64,000 bases of DNA from an uncultured Holophagales bacterium (lineage in GTDB: Bacteria > Acidobacteriota > Thermoanaerobaculia > Multivoradales > UBA5704), in contig CAWJGT010000019.1 in assembly GCA_963842525.1 (NCBI GenBank), forward strand, positions 96,001 to 160,000, written 5' to 3'. Shown here piece by piece: positions 52,622 to 61,109 of this stretch (the first letter of the stretch is position 1; each line of letters opens with the position of its first letter). The notes beneath the pieces were generated by a model, which worked only from the letters and a program-made list of their open reading frames with translations, did not search any database and was not told where the DNA came from. The position numbers and the translations under genes were made by a program.

Positions 52622-55180
52622 ATGCGCAATTTCATCGTACGGACCCTGATCCTGCTGCTCGCGCTTGCCCCGCTGGCCGGCTGCGCCAGCCAACAGGCCT
52701 ATCGCAAGGCGGAGATCGCCGCCCAGAGCGAGGACTGGGATCAGGCCGTGCTGCACTATCTGAAGGCCCTGCAGGATGATCCGGACAACATCACCTACAA
52801 GGCCGCCCTGATGCGGGCCAAGATCAAGGCCTCCCAGGCCCACTTCGAGCAGGGCCAGGACTTCGAGAAGGCCGGCGTGACCGAGCGCGCCCTGGTGGAA
52901 TACCAGCAGGCCGTGCAGCTCGACCCGACCAATCAATATGCCAAGGCCCAGCTCGAGCACGTCCGCCAGGCCTATCTCGCGCAGAGGCAGGGCCGCGAGG
53001 GGGGCACGATCGACCAGATGAAAAAGCGGGCGCAGGCGGCGCGGCCGCAGCCGCCGGTCCTCAACCCGCGCTCGAACAATCCGATCTCGCTGGAGTTCCC
53101 CGAGCCGGTGCCGATCTTCCAGATCTACCGCTCGCTGGGCAAGGCGTTCGGGATCAACATCCTGTTCGATCCGAACCTCAAGGACCAGGAGATCAACATC
53201 GAGCTCAAGGACGTGACCGCGCAGACCTCGCTCGAGACCCTGATGCGCGCCGCCGGCCACTTCTACAAAGTCCTCGACGAGCACACCATCCTGATCGCCG
53301 CCGACACGCCGCAGAACCGGCGCCTCTACGAGGACCTCGTCATCCAGAACTTCTTCCTCTCGAATGCAGAGGTGAAGGACATGATGTCGATCCTCCGCTC
53401 GCTGGTCGACGCCAAGAAGATCGCCACCAACGACCAGCTCAACGCCATCATCGTGCGCGACACCGCCGACAAGGTGAAGGTCGCCGAGCGGCTCATCGAG
53501 GCCAACGACAAGTCCAAGGCCGAGGTGGTGATCGACGTCGAGCTGCTGCAGATCAACAGCGGCCGGTTGCGCGACCTGGGAGTGAGCCTGTCGTCGTACT
53601 CGATCGGCCAGAGCCTCGACCGCGACGAGCAGAACCCGCTGCGGGTGTCGGACATCCCGTTCCTGAACCAGGCGGATTGGATCCTCTCGATCCCCAATTT
53701 CGTCTACAACTTCATCAAGAACAGCACCGAGGCGCAGCTCCTCGCCAAGCCGCAGCTCCGCATCACCGAAGGGGAAAAGGCGAGCCTGATCATCGGCGAC
53801 AAGGTGCCGATCCCGCTGACCACGTTCAACACCCAGAACGCGGGCGGCCAGGGCGGCATCGTCCCCATCACCTCGTTCCAGTACCAGGACGTGGGTATCC
53901 GCATAGAGCTCGAGCCACGGGTCCACCACAACCAGGAGATCACCCTCAAGGTCAAGGTCGACGTGAGCAACATCACCGGCTTCGTCGAGGCCGCGGCCGG
54001 GCAGCGGCAGCCGACGATCGGCACCCGCTCCTTCGACTCGACGATCCGCCTCCAGGACGGCGAGACCAACTTCCTGGCGGGCCTGATCCGCACCGACGAG
54101 ACCAGCAGCGAGAACGGCATCCCGGGGCTCTCCGAGATCCCGATCCTGGGACGGCTCTTCTCCAACAAGCGCAACGAGAGCCAGCGGACCGACGTCATCC
54201 TCACCCTGACGCCGCACATCATCCGCAATGCCGAGATCACCGAGGAAGACCTGCAGCCGATCTGGGTCGGCACCGAGGCGAACATCACGTTCCGGGGCGG
54301 CAGCCCGCGGGTCGAGTCGGACGTCGAGGGCCCGTTCGAGGGCGACGAGGGGACGCCCGAGGAGGTGCAGGACGCGATCCGGCGCCGCCTCCAGCGCCTG
54401 CCCCGCGGCCTCCAGCCGGGCGAGAGCGAGGAAGAGGTGCCGATCGAGGAGGAGGTGCCGGAGGAGCCGCCCACGGGCATGGAGCTGGTCCCGGCCGCGC
54501 CGCCGAGCGACATCTTCCGGCCGCCGGTCCCGGAAGAGCCGCCTCCCATGGAGGAGGAGCCGCCGCCGGCGGCGGAGGGCGGCGTCGTCTCGTCGGGCAA
54601 CGCTTCGGGCACGGCGCGGCTCGACGGAGTCCGGTTGGCTGGTTTCCGTGTGCCAGCACAACCCGCGGCGCTGCCGGCCGGGGGTGTCGCCCTGGCGGCC
54701 CGCCGTCCGGCGGCGGTCCGGCTCTGGATGGCGCCGTCGCGGCTCGCCGTGGCGCCCGGGGAACGCTTCGAGGTGACCGTCGAGGTGGAGGCCGGCCGGC
54801 CGGTCTCCCATCTGCCGCTCACGCTCACCTACGACCCGGCGGTGCTCGCGGTCGAGAAGGTCGAGCCTGGAGACTTCCTGGGCGAGCCGGGGGCCGCGCA
54901 GGTGCTGGCGGACACCGGGCGACCCGGCGAAGTGACGCTGGGGGCGAGCCGCCTGGGCGAGGTGCCGGCGGTCTCCGGCGCCGGGACGCTGGCGCGGGTC
55001 ACCTTCCGGGCGCTGGCCCGCGGCACGGCCCGCATCGGCTTCGGCAACAGCCAGGCCCTCGATCCGGCGCTGCGTCCCGTCCTGCCCCTGCGGACCGCCC
55101 CGGCCATCATCGACGTGCGGAAGGACGTGAAGCCGCCGGAAAGGCCGCGTCCGCCGCAAAAGGGGGCCGTGGAAGTTTGA
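52622..55180 (+). CDS. gspD: Secretin (GspD-like) lipoprotein with TPR N-terminus and cohesin-like C-terminus
   Basis: LAGC lipobox; EVVIDVELL, YQDVGIRIELEPRV, IPGLSEIPILGRLFS and LTPHII motifs. Confidence 0.9.
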   Translation: MRNFIVRTLILLLALAPLAGCASQQAYRKAEIAAQSEDWDQAVLHYLKALQDDPDNITYKAALMRAKIKASQAHFEQGQDFEKAGVTERALVEYQQAVQLDPTNQYAKAQLEHVRQAYLAQRQGREGGTIDQMKKRAQAARPQPPVLNPRSNNPISLEFPEPVPIFQIYRSLGKAFGINILFDPNLKDQEINIELKDVTAQTSLETLMRAAGHFYKVLDEHTILIAADTPQNRRLYEDLVIQNFFLSNAEVKDMMSILRSLVDAKKIATNDQLNAIIVRDTADKVKVAERLIEANDKSKAEVVIDVELLQINSGRLRDLGVSLSSYSIGQSLDRDEQNPLRVSDIPFLNQADWILSIPNFVYNFIKNSTEAQLLAKPQLRITEGEKASLIIGDKVPIPLTTFNTQNAGGQGGIVPITSFQYQDVGIRIELEPRVHHNQEITLKVKVDVSNITGFVEAAAGQRQPTIGTRSFDSTIRLQDGETNFLAGLIRTDETSSENGIPGLSEIPILGRLFSNKRNESQRTDVILTLTPHIIRNAEITEEDLQPIWVGTEANITFRGGSPRVESDVEGPFEGDEGTPEEVQDAIRRRLQRLPRGLQPGESEEEVPIEEEVPEEPPTGMELVPAAPPSDIFRPPVPEEPPPMEEEPPPAAEGGVVSSGNASGTARLDGVRLAGFRVPAQPAALPAGGVALAARRPAAVRLWMAPSRLAVAPGERFEVTVEVEAGRPVSHLPLTLTYDPAVLAVEKVEPGDFLGEPGAAQVLADTGRPGEVTLGASRLGEVPAVSGAGTLARVTFRALARGTARIGFGNSQALDPALRPVLPLRTAPAIIDVRKDVKPPERPRPPQKGAVEV

Positions 55181-55217
55181 GCCGCCGCGCCCTGTTGGAC
55201 CTGAAGGAAAGGAAGAG

Positions 55218-55694
55218 ATGATGAAGAGCTTGTCGCGGCCCCGTTCCCAAGCGGGATTCACCCTGGCCGAGCTGGTCATGGTCGCGGCGGTCCTGACACT
55301 GCTCGCGGCCGTGACCCTGCCGGTCGCCAAGTTCACGTCGCGGCGCATGAAGGAGATGGAGCTGCGGGCGGCGCTGCGCGACATGCGCGCCGCCATCGAC
55401 GAATACAAGCGGTACAGCGACAACGGTCTGATCCCGGTGGACCTCGGCACGCAAGGCTATCCGGCCAAGCTGGAAATCCTGGTGGAGGGGGTCGAAATCG
55501 TGGGCCAGATCGACAAAAAGCTCAAGCCCCTGCGCCGGATCCCGATCGATCCCATGACCGGAGAGCAGGAGTGGGGCCTGCGCAGCTACCAGGACGATTT
55601 CGACGCGACCTCCTGGGGCGGCGAGGACGTCTTTGACGTCTATTCCCTCTCCGGCGGCGTCGGCTTGAACAAGGTGCCCTACAGCCAATGGTGA
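55218..55694 (+). CDS. Pseudopilin (GspG-like)
   Basis: Prepilin motif GFTLAEL; LRRIPIDPMTG. Confidence 0.88.
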   Translation: MMKSLSRPRSQAGFTLAELVMVAAVLTLLAAVTLPVAKFTSRRMKEMELRAALRDMRAAIDEYKRYSDNGLIPVDLGTQGYPAKLEILVEGVEIVGQIDKKLKPLRRIPIDPMTGEQEWGLRSYQDDFDATSWGGEDVFDVYSLSGGVGLNKVPYSQW

Positions 55695-55708
55695 GAGAGG
55701 AGAGGTCC

Positions 55709-56119
55709 ATGCGGGAGCGCGGCTTCACGCTGCTCGAGCTGATCATCGTCATTGCGATCATCGGCATCCTGGCCACGATCGCCATGCCGGCCCTCAAGGA
55801 CGTGCCGCGGCGGGCCAACGAGGCGGTCCTCAAGACCAACCTCCACACCATGCGCGACGTCATCGACCAGCACTACGGAGACAAGGGCAAGTACCCGACA
55901 GGCCTGGAGCAGCTCGTCGAGGCGGGCTACCTGCGCAGGGTGCCGGTCGATCCCATCACCAAGCGCAACGACACCTGGATCTTCGAATACGAAGAGGTCG
56001 ACCCCGAGAACCCGGGTCCGGAAAGCGACGAGAACGAGGACGGCCAGCCCGGGATCACCGACGTCCACTCCGGCGCGCCGGGCAACTCGCTCGACGGCAC
56101 ACCCTACAGCGAATGGTGA
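55709..56119 (+). CDS. gspG: Pseudopilin GspG-like
   Basis: GFTLLELIIVIAIIGIL; YLRRVPVDPIT. Confidence 0.88.
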   Translation: MRERGFTLLELIIVIAIIGILATIAMPALKDVPRRANEAVLKTNLHTMRDVIDQHYGDKGKYPTGLEQLVEAGYLRRVPVDPITKRNDTWIFEYEEVDPENPGPESDENEDGQPGITDVHSGAPGNSLDGTPYSEW

Positions 56120-56949
56120 TGCCCTCTCCCCCTGGCCCCCTCTCCCGCGCGTCCGCCGCTCCCCCTCCCCGAGCGGGAGAGGGGGAACGCGGCTACAACC
56201 TGGTCATGCTGATGGTCATCGTGACCCTGCTCAACGTCGCGCTGGCCGCCTCGCTGCCGCTGTGGAGCCACGTCATTCAGCGCGACAAGGAAGAGGAGCT
56301 GATCTCGCGCGGCTTCCAGTACGGGGAGGCCATCCGCGTCTTCCAGTTCCGCTTCCAGCGCCCGCCCATCCGCCTCGAAGAGCTGATCGAGGTCAAGCCG
56401 CGCTCCATCCGCCGCCTGTGGAAGGACCCCATGACCGAGGACGGCAAGTGGGGCATCATCCTCGTGGGACAGTCTCCCATTCTGACGCCGCAGCAGCCGG
56501 GTGAGGAGCAGCAGGAGGATCCGGACGGGCGCCGGCAGGAGGGCAACGAAGAAGAAGAGGGCTCCGTGTTCGGACCCAAGAAGGGCGAAGAGGTCATGGT
56601 CGGACCGATCCGCGGGGTCTACAGCAAGAGCGGCAAGAAGTCGATCATCCTCTTCAACGGCCGGGAGCGCTATGACGAGTGGCACTTCACGGTCGACATG
56701 ATCCCGGGGGCGCAGGGGATGGGCGGTGTGCCGCCGCCGAACGGCGTACCGCCTCCGGGCGGGCCGCAGATGGCGGGCGGGCAGTTCTCTCTGAGCACCC
56801 GCTGGGTCGGCCGGCCGTTCCCCGGCTTCCTCCAGCAGCCGCAAATACCCGATCCCGGAGGCATCGGCGGCAATCCGGTCGGCATCGATCCCGGCAAGCT
56901 CGGCCCGCGCCGCCCTCCGCAAAAGCCATCTCCCCAGGAACCGGAGTGA
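56119..56949 (+). CDS. Minor pseudopilin-like protein with REP-derived leader
   Basis: [21 protein letters not shown] and [10 protein letters not shown] motifs. Confidence 0.78.
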   Translation: MPSPPGPLSRASAAPPPRAGEGERGYNLVMLMVIVTLLNVALAASLPLWSHVIQRDKEEELISRGFQYGEAIRVFQFRFQRPPIRLEELIEVKPRSIRRLWKDPMTEDGKWGIILVGQSPILTPQQPGEEQQEDPDGRRQEGNEEEEGSVFGPKKGEEVMVGPIRGVYSKSGKKSIILFNGRERYDEWHFTVDMIPGAQGMGGVPPPNGVPPPGGPQMAGGQFSLSTRWVGRPFPGFLQQPQIPDPGGIGGNPVGIDPGKLGPRRPPQKPSPQEPE

Positions 56950-57395
56950 CCGGCGCGGTGCGGGTGCGGGTCAAGCGGCTTCCCGCCGCGCGGGATCTGC
57001 CCCTGCCCGCGGCGGCCTCTCCCGGCAGCTCCGGGTACGACCTGCGCGCCGCGGTCGAGGAGGACCTCGTGATCCGTCCCGGCGAGCGGATGCTGGTGCC
57101 GACCGGGCTCGTGCTGGAGATCCCGGCCGGCTGCGAGGGGCAGGTCCGGCCCCGCAGCGGCCTCGCCCTGCGCCACGGCCTCGGCGTGCTCAACGCCCCT
57201 GGCACCATCGACAGCGACTACCGCGGCGAGGTGGCGGTGATCCTGATCAACCTCGGCGAAGCTCCCTACACGGTCCGCCGCGGCGACCGCATCGCCCAAC
57301 TCGTCTTCGCCCGTGTCGAGCCGGTCGAATGGGAAGAAGCCGACGAGCTTGGCGGTAGCGACCGGGGTGGTGGGTTCGGGTCGACGGGGGTCTGA
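56946..57395 (+). CDS. dut: dUTP diphosphatase
   Basis: [23 protein letters not shown] and RGGGFGSTG motifs. Confidence 0.95.
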   Translation: MTGAVRVRVKRLPAARDLPLPAAASPGSSGYDLRAAVEEDLVIRPGERMLVPTGLVLEIPAGCEGQVRPRSGLALRHGLGVLNAPGTIDSDYRGEVAVILINLGEAPYTVRRGDRIAQLVFARVEPVEWEEADELGGSDRGGGFGSTGV

Positions 57396-57414
57396 TCCCG
57401 ATAGGATAGGCGCC

Positions 57415-57705
57415 ATGAGACGCCTCGTCCCGCTCGTCCCGGCTGCCGCCTTCATCTTCCTCCTCGGCTCGTGCAGCTCCGTCGGGGATTACAATGCCTA
57501 CCAATTCAGCGACGGCTACGTCGACTCGCTCGGCACCATCCAGGGCACGCCCGTCCCGGCGAACGAAGTCGTGCTCCCGAGCACCGACCTCGTCGACCCG
57601 GACCTGACCAACGGTCGACATCGGGACCTGGAGCCGGCCCGTGCCCTGAGGCGGCGGGCTGGCGGCCAGCCAGCCGCTAGGGCGGCTTGCTGGCGACCAT
57701 ATTGA
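57415..57705 (+). pseudogene. Chimeric ORF: duplicated lipoprotein signal peptide fused to unrelated sequence
   Basis: MRRLVPLVPAAAFIFLLGSCSS is nearly identical to the start of 58805..60637, then diverges abruptly. Confidence 0.55.
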
Positions 57706-57777
57706 CGCGAAAGAAGACCAAGCCGTAGGATAGCTCAAGTCGATGAAGATGAAGAGCTCGCTCACCTGGAGATCTCT

Positions 57778-58002
57778 GTGCCCCGCCCGATCGAAGCCCT
57801 TGCGGAAGAAGTACTGCAGCTCCCATCTGATGCTCGGTCTCGGCTGCTAGATCGAGTCGTCGCCAGCCTCGACACAGACCGCGCGCGTGACGCGGCCTGG
57901 GATGCATTGGCTGCGCGTCGCGACGCCGAGATCGAATCGGGTGCAGCCGTCGCTGTCTCAGGACCCGAGGTCGTTGCACGACTTCGCGCTGAGCTCGAGT
58001 GA
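57778..58002 (+). CDS. Addiction-module antitoxin
   Basis: LQLPSDARSRLLDRVVASLD..AAWDALAARRDAEIESG; coupled to a ParE-like gene. Confidence 0.85.
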   Translation: MPRPIEALAEEVLQLPSDARSRLLDRVVASLDTDRARDAAWDALAARRDAEIESGAAVAVSGPEVVARLRAELE

Positions 58003-58274
58003 GCTACTCGCTACATCGCAGCGCCGAGCGGGACCTGACCGACGCATTCTGTTTTTACAAGACGGAGGCAGGACGCGGCGTCGCCGGAAGGTTTCTGAAG
58101 GAGTTTGAGCGCGTTGTGAAGATCCTCAAGGAGTTCCCAGATATCGGAACCCCGACGAATGACGAGCGTCGCGCCTACCCACTCAGCGGCTTTCCCTACT
58201 CCATCATCTACCGCTCGGTCGATGGAGATGTTCGGGTTCTCGATTGGGGTCTGATACGGCAGGCGCTGGAGTAA
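57999..58274 (+). CDS. RelE/ParE-family toxin, C-terminus probably replaced
   Basis: AERDLTDAFCFY, FPDIG and FPYSIIYR motifs; lacks the usual terminal AVAH-x-RR segment. Confidence 0.8.
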   Translation: MSYSLHRSAERDLTDAFCFYKTEAGRGVAGRFLKEFERVVKILKEFPDIGTPTNDERRAYPLSGFPYSIIYRSVDGDVRVLDWGLIRQALE

Positions 58275-58289
58275 TGTCCCGGGGCATTG

Positions 58290-58466
58290 GTTGGCCCTCA
58301 AAGCGGACTGCTGGTGGGTGATCTCCAGAATCGCGGACAGCAGTGCCGCGAGCTTGATCCGGAACGGCTCCAGATGGGAAAGCTCGTCCTTGTTGATCTC
58401 CAGCGCCTTCAGAAGGCGCTGCAAGATGCCGAGGATCCCCATATAGGTCCTCTCTTTCCTGGCCAT
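58290..58466 (-). pseudogene. 5' fragment of a small helical protein, family like 2941..3345
   Basis: AGGAG RBS, then MARKERTYMGILGILQRLLKALEINKDELSHLEPFRIKLAALLSAILEITHQQSALRA; the frame then runs into the antisense strand of the toxin gene. Confidence 0.55.
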
Positions 58467-58804
58467 GATTCCTGCTCCTCTCTGAGCCCCGCAGGGCCCG
58501 GTCGTCCGGCGTCTCCATGACGCCGAGGGCAGGTTGCCCCAGGAATGCAAGACCTCAAAACGGGCCATCGGGCCAAGTTGGGTGTAAGTAATGAAATCTA
58601 CAGGAGTTAGATCGCTCACGAGGTGAGAAAAGTTGGACTGATGATCGCTCCAAGTTTCGACCCGGCTCTGCCGTGTCCATGAAATGGAACCCTCTTCTGG
58701 GACACTATCCACTGGACGTTCAACAGCTCCGGGCCTTGCAGCATGGTGTCGTGCCCGTCCGGTTGACCGCCTGAGGCAGGGTGAACCCCGTTAGGATAGG
58801 CGCC

Positions 58805-60637
58805 ATGAGACGCCTCGTGCTGCTTGTCCCGGCTGCCGCCTTCATCCTCCTCCTCGGCTCGTGCAGCTCCACCCCACCCGGCTCTCCAGCCGTCGGGCCC
58901 CGCCGGGTCCTCCTGCTGAGCCTCGACGGTGCGAGCGCCGAGGCTCTCCACCAGCTCTACCGCGAGGGGGCTCTCACCGCCGGGGGCTTCGCGCGTTTCT
59001 TCCAGAACGGACAGGTGGCGGACCGGCTCATCCCGGTGAACCCCACCCTCACCTCGGTCAACCACATCAGCCTGGCGACCGGTTTCGTCCCCGGCGCGAC
59101 CGGCATCGCCGGCAATCGCTTCCATCCGGCCGGCGCGCCGTTTCTCGACGTCGTGAGCGGCTTCGAGGCGCCGATCGAGACCGAGACGCTGTGGGAGGCG
59201 GCCCGCCGGCAGGGCAAACGGGTGGGCGTGACCACCTGGCCCGGCGCCGACAACAAGAACGAGCGCCGGCGCGGCGACTGGGGGATGATCTATGTCAACA
59301 ACCCGGACCGGGAGGCGGACCTTGAGGTCCTCGCCCGGAAGGACTGGCAGGAGCTGAACGGACCGGCGCCCGCGAGCTTCGCGCCCGCCCAGGCGGCACG
59401 AGTGCAGGTGGGTGGCAAGAAGCCGCAGGACTTCGAGCTGATCGCGGTCGACCGCACCGACGACGGCCGGACCGGCTATGACCGGCTGGTCGTGCGGACG
59501 GAAAGGGGCGCGGGGGAGCTGGTTCTGGGCGCCTGGAGCCGCGTCCCCTGTCCGGACCCCCAGCCGGGCCGCGAGGCGGAGACCGCGCCATGCTGGATCA
59601 AGCTCCTGCGGCTCACGCCCGACCTTGCAGACGTCCAGGTCTATTTCAACGGGGTCTACGGCAACCAGGCCTACCCGCAGGAGTTTCTGGGCGCCATCGA
59701 GCGGAGCGGCCTGCGCTGGCCCGGTGCGCCGGACGACGCCCTCCTCGACGACACCTGGAACGGTAAGCCGGGAATCGACCTCGAGACCTGGCTCGAGCAG
59801 TCGGAGCGCTTCACGGCTTTTTTCGGCGACAGCCTGCGGCTGGCGGCGGCCCGCCCGGACTGGGACCTGCTGATGGGCTACATACCGGTGATCGACGAGG
59901 CGGGGCACCAGTTCCTGCTCGCGGACCCGCGACAGAAAGGTTTTTCGGCGGCACGGCGCGATGAGCTTGCGGCGGCACGGCTGCGCGTCTGGCAGACGGT
60001 CGACCGCGAGCTGAACCGGCTGCTCGATGCTCTCGACCTGCGCAACACCGCCGTCGTCATCGTGAGCGACCACGGCATGCGGGCGGTCCATACCGCTTTC
60101 GATCCCAACGTGCTCCTGCGGGATTGGGGCCTCCTGACGGCAGACGAGAAGGGGCAGGTCGCGGACGGGACGCGGGTCTACGCGGTGAGCAACGGCGGGG
60201 TCTCGCATATCTACATCCGGCCCGACCTGCCGGGCGCGGAACGGGAGCGGCTCGTTGCCGACCTGCGCGAACGGCTCGCAGGCTGGACCCCCGGGACCGA
60301 AAAACCGACCGAAAAGCCCGTTGCCCAGATCCTCACTCGCGCCGAGCTCGGCCAGGTCGGTCTCGACCATCGCAACAGCGGCGATCTCGTCCTCCTCGCC
60401 GTGCCGGGGTGGGCCTTCGGTGGCGGCCTGCGGGAGGGGAAGGTCGTGCTGCCCTCGCCGGTCCATGGCATGCACGGCTACCGCAATGACGATCCGGCCA
60501 TGCACGGCATCTACCTGGCCGTGGGAGCGGGAATCCCCAAGGGGAACGCGGGCACGGTCCCCAACCCCGAGGTGGCCGGCCGAGTCGCGGCCTGGCTGGG
60601 GATCGAAAAACCGCAGGAACGGCCCCCGGTCCCCTGA
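58805..60637 (+). CDS. Alkaline phosphatase superfamily (nucleotide pyrophosphatase/phosphodiesterase) lipoprotein
   Basis: LGSC lipobox; LLSLDG, PTLTSVNH, DEAGH, SDHGM and GMHGY motifs. Confidence 0.9.
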   Translation: MRRLVLLVPAAAFILLLGSCSSTPPGSPAVGPRRVLLLSLDGASAEALHQLYREGALTAGGFARFFQNGQVADRLIPVNPTLTSVNHISLATGFVPGATGIAGNRFHPAGAPFLDVVSGFEAPIETETLWEAARRQGKRVGVTTWPGADNKNERRRGDWGMIYVNNPDREADLEVLARKDWQELNGPAPASFAPAQAARVQVGGKKPQDFELIAVDRTDDGRTGYDRLVVRTERGAGELVLGAWSRVPCPDPQPGREAETAPCWIKLLRLTPDLADVQVYFNGVYGNQAYPQEFLGAIERSGLRWPGAPDDALLDDTWNGKPGIDLETWLEQSERFTAFFGDSLRLAAARPDWDLLMGYIPVIDEAGHQFLLADPRQKGFSAARRDELAAARLRVWQTVDRELNRLLDALDLRNTAVVIVSDHGMRAVHTAFDPNVLLRDWGLLTADEKGQVADGTRVYAVSNGGVSHIYIRPDLPGAERERLVADLRERLAGWTPGTEKPTEKPVAQILTRAELGQVGLDHRNSGDLVLLAVPGWAFGGGLREGKVVLPSPVHGMHGYRNDDPAMHGIYLAVGAGIPKGNAGTVPNPEVAGRVAAWLGIEKPQERPPVP

Positions 60638-60643
60638 TCCCTG

Positions 60644-61087
60644 CTATTTCTTCTTGTCCACGATCTCGGCCTGGAGAGGACCGATGGCGGCGAAGAGCTC
60701 TTCGCGCTCCTTGGGTCCGACCTTGAACTTGTCGAGGGTGGCGACCAGGTGCTTGACCGCGGTGTCCCAGTGCGCCTGGGTGATGCCCATACCCTTGTGC
60801 GAGGCCGTCATGCTGCGGCCGGTGTAATAGCACGGCCCGCCGCTCGCCTGGCAGAGCTGGTCGACCACGAGCTGGCGGATGCGCTGCAGCGACTCCGTGC
60901 TGTGGCCGGCGAAGAAGGGCCCGAGCTGCGGATCGCTCGCCATCCGGCCGATGAAGTCGTCGACCACGGCGGCGATGGCATCGTAGCCTCCCAGCCGCTT
61001 GTACAGGGAATCGTGGGCGGCCACGGGCATTGTCAGGCCGGCGATCCAGAGCAGCGCGGCCGTTGCGACGAGGATCTTCCTTTTCAT
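60644..61087 (-). CDS. Group I truncated hemoglobin with signal peptide
   Basis: SLYKRLGGYDAIAAVVDDF and GGPCYYTGRSMTASHKGM motifs; GGAGGAGG RBS. Confidence 0.9.
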   Translation of the reverse strand: MKRKILVATAALLWIAGLTMPVAAHDSLYKRLGGYDAIAAVVDDFIGRMASDPQLGPFFAGHSTESLQRIRQLVVDQLCQASGGPCYYTGRSMTASHKGMGITQAHWDTAVKHLVATLDKFKVGPKEREELFAAIGPLQAEIVDKKK

Positions 61088-61109
61088 AGAGCCTCCTCCT
61101 TTCGAAACG

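Larger units (their letters stand above)
57397..58870. mobile_element. Islet bounded by 84-bp direct repeats (57397-57480 and 58787-58870)
   Basis: Repeats are 79/84 identical and include the start codon and signal peptide of the downstream phosphodiesterase; no integrase inside. Confidence 0.6.
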
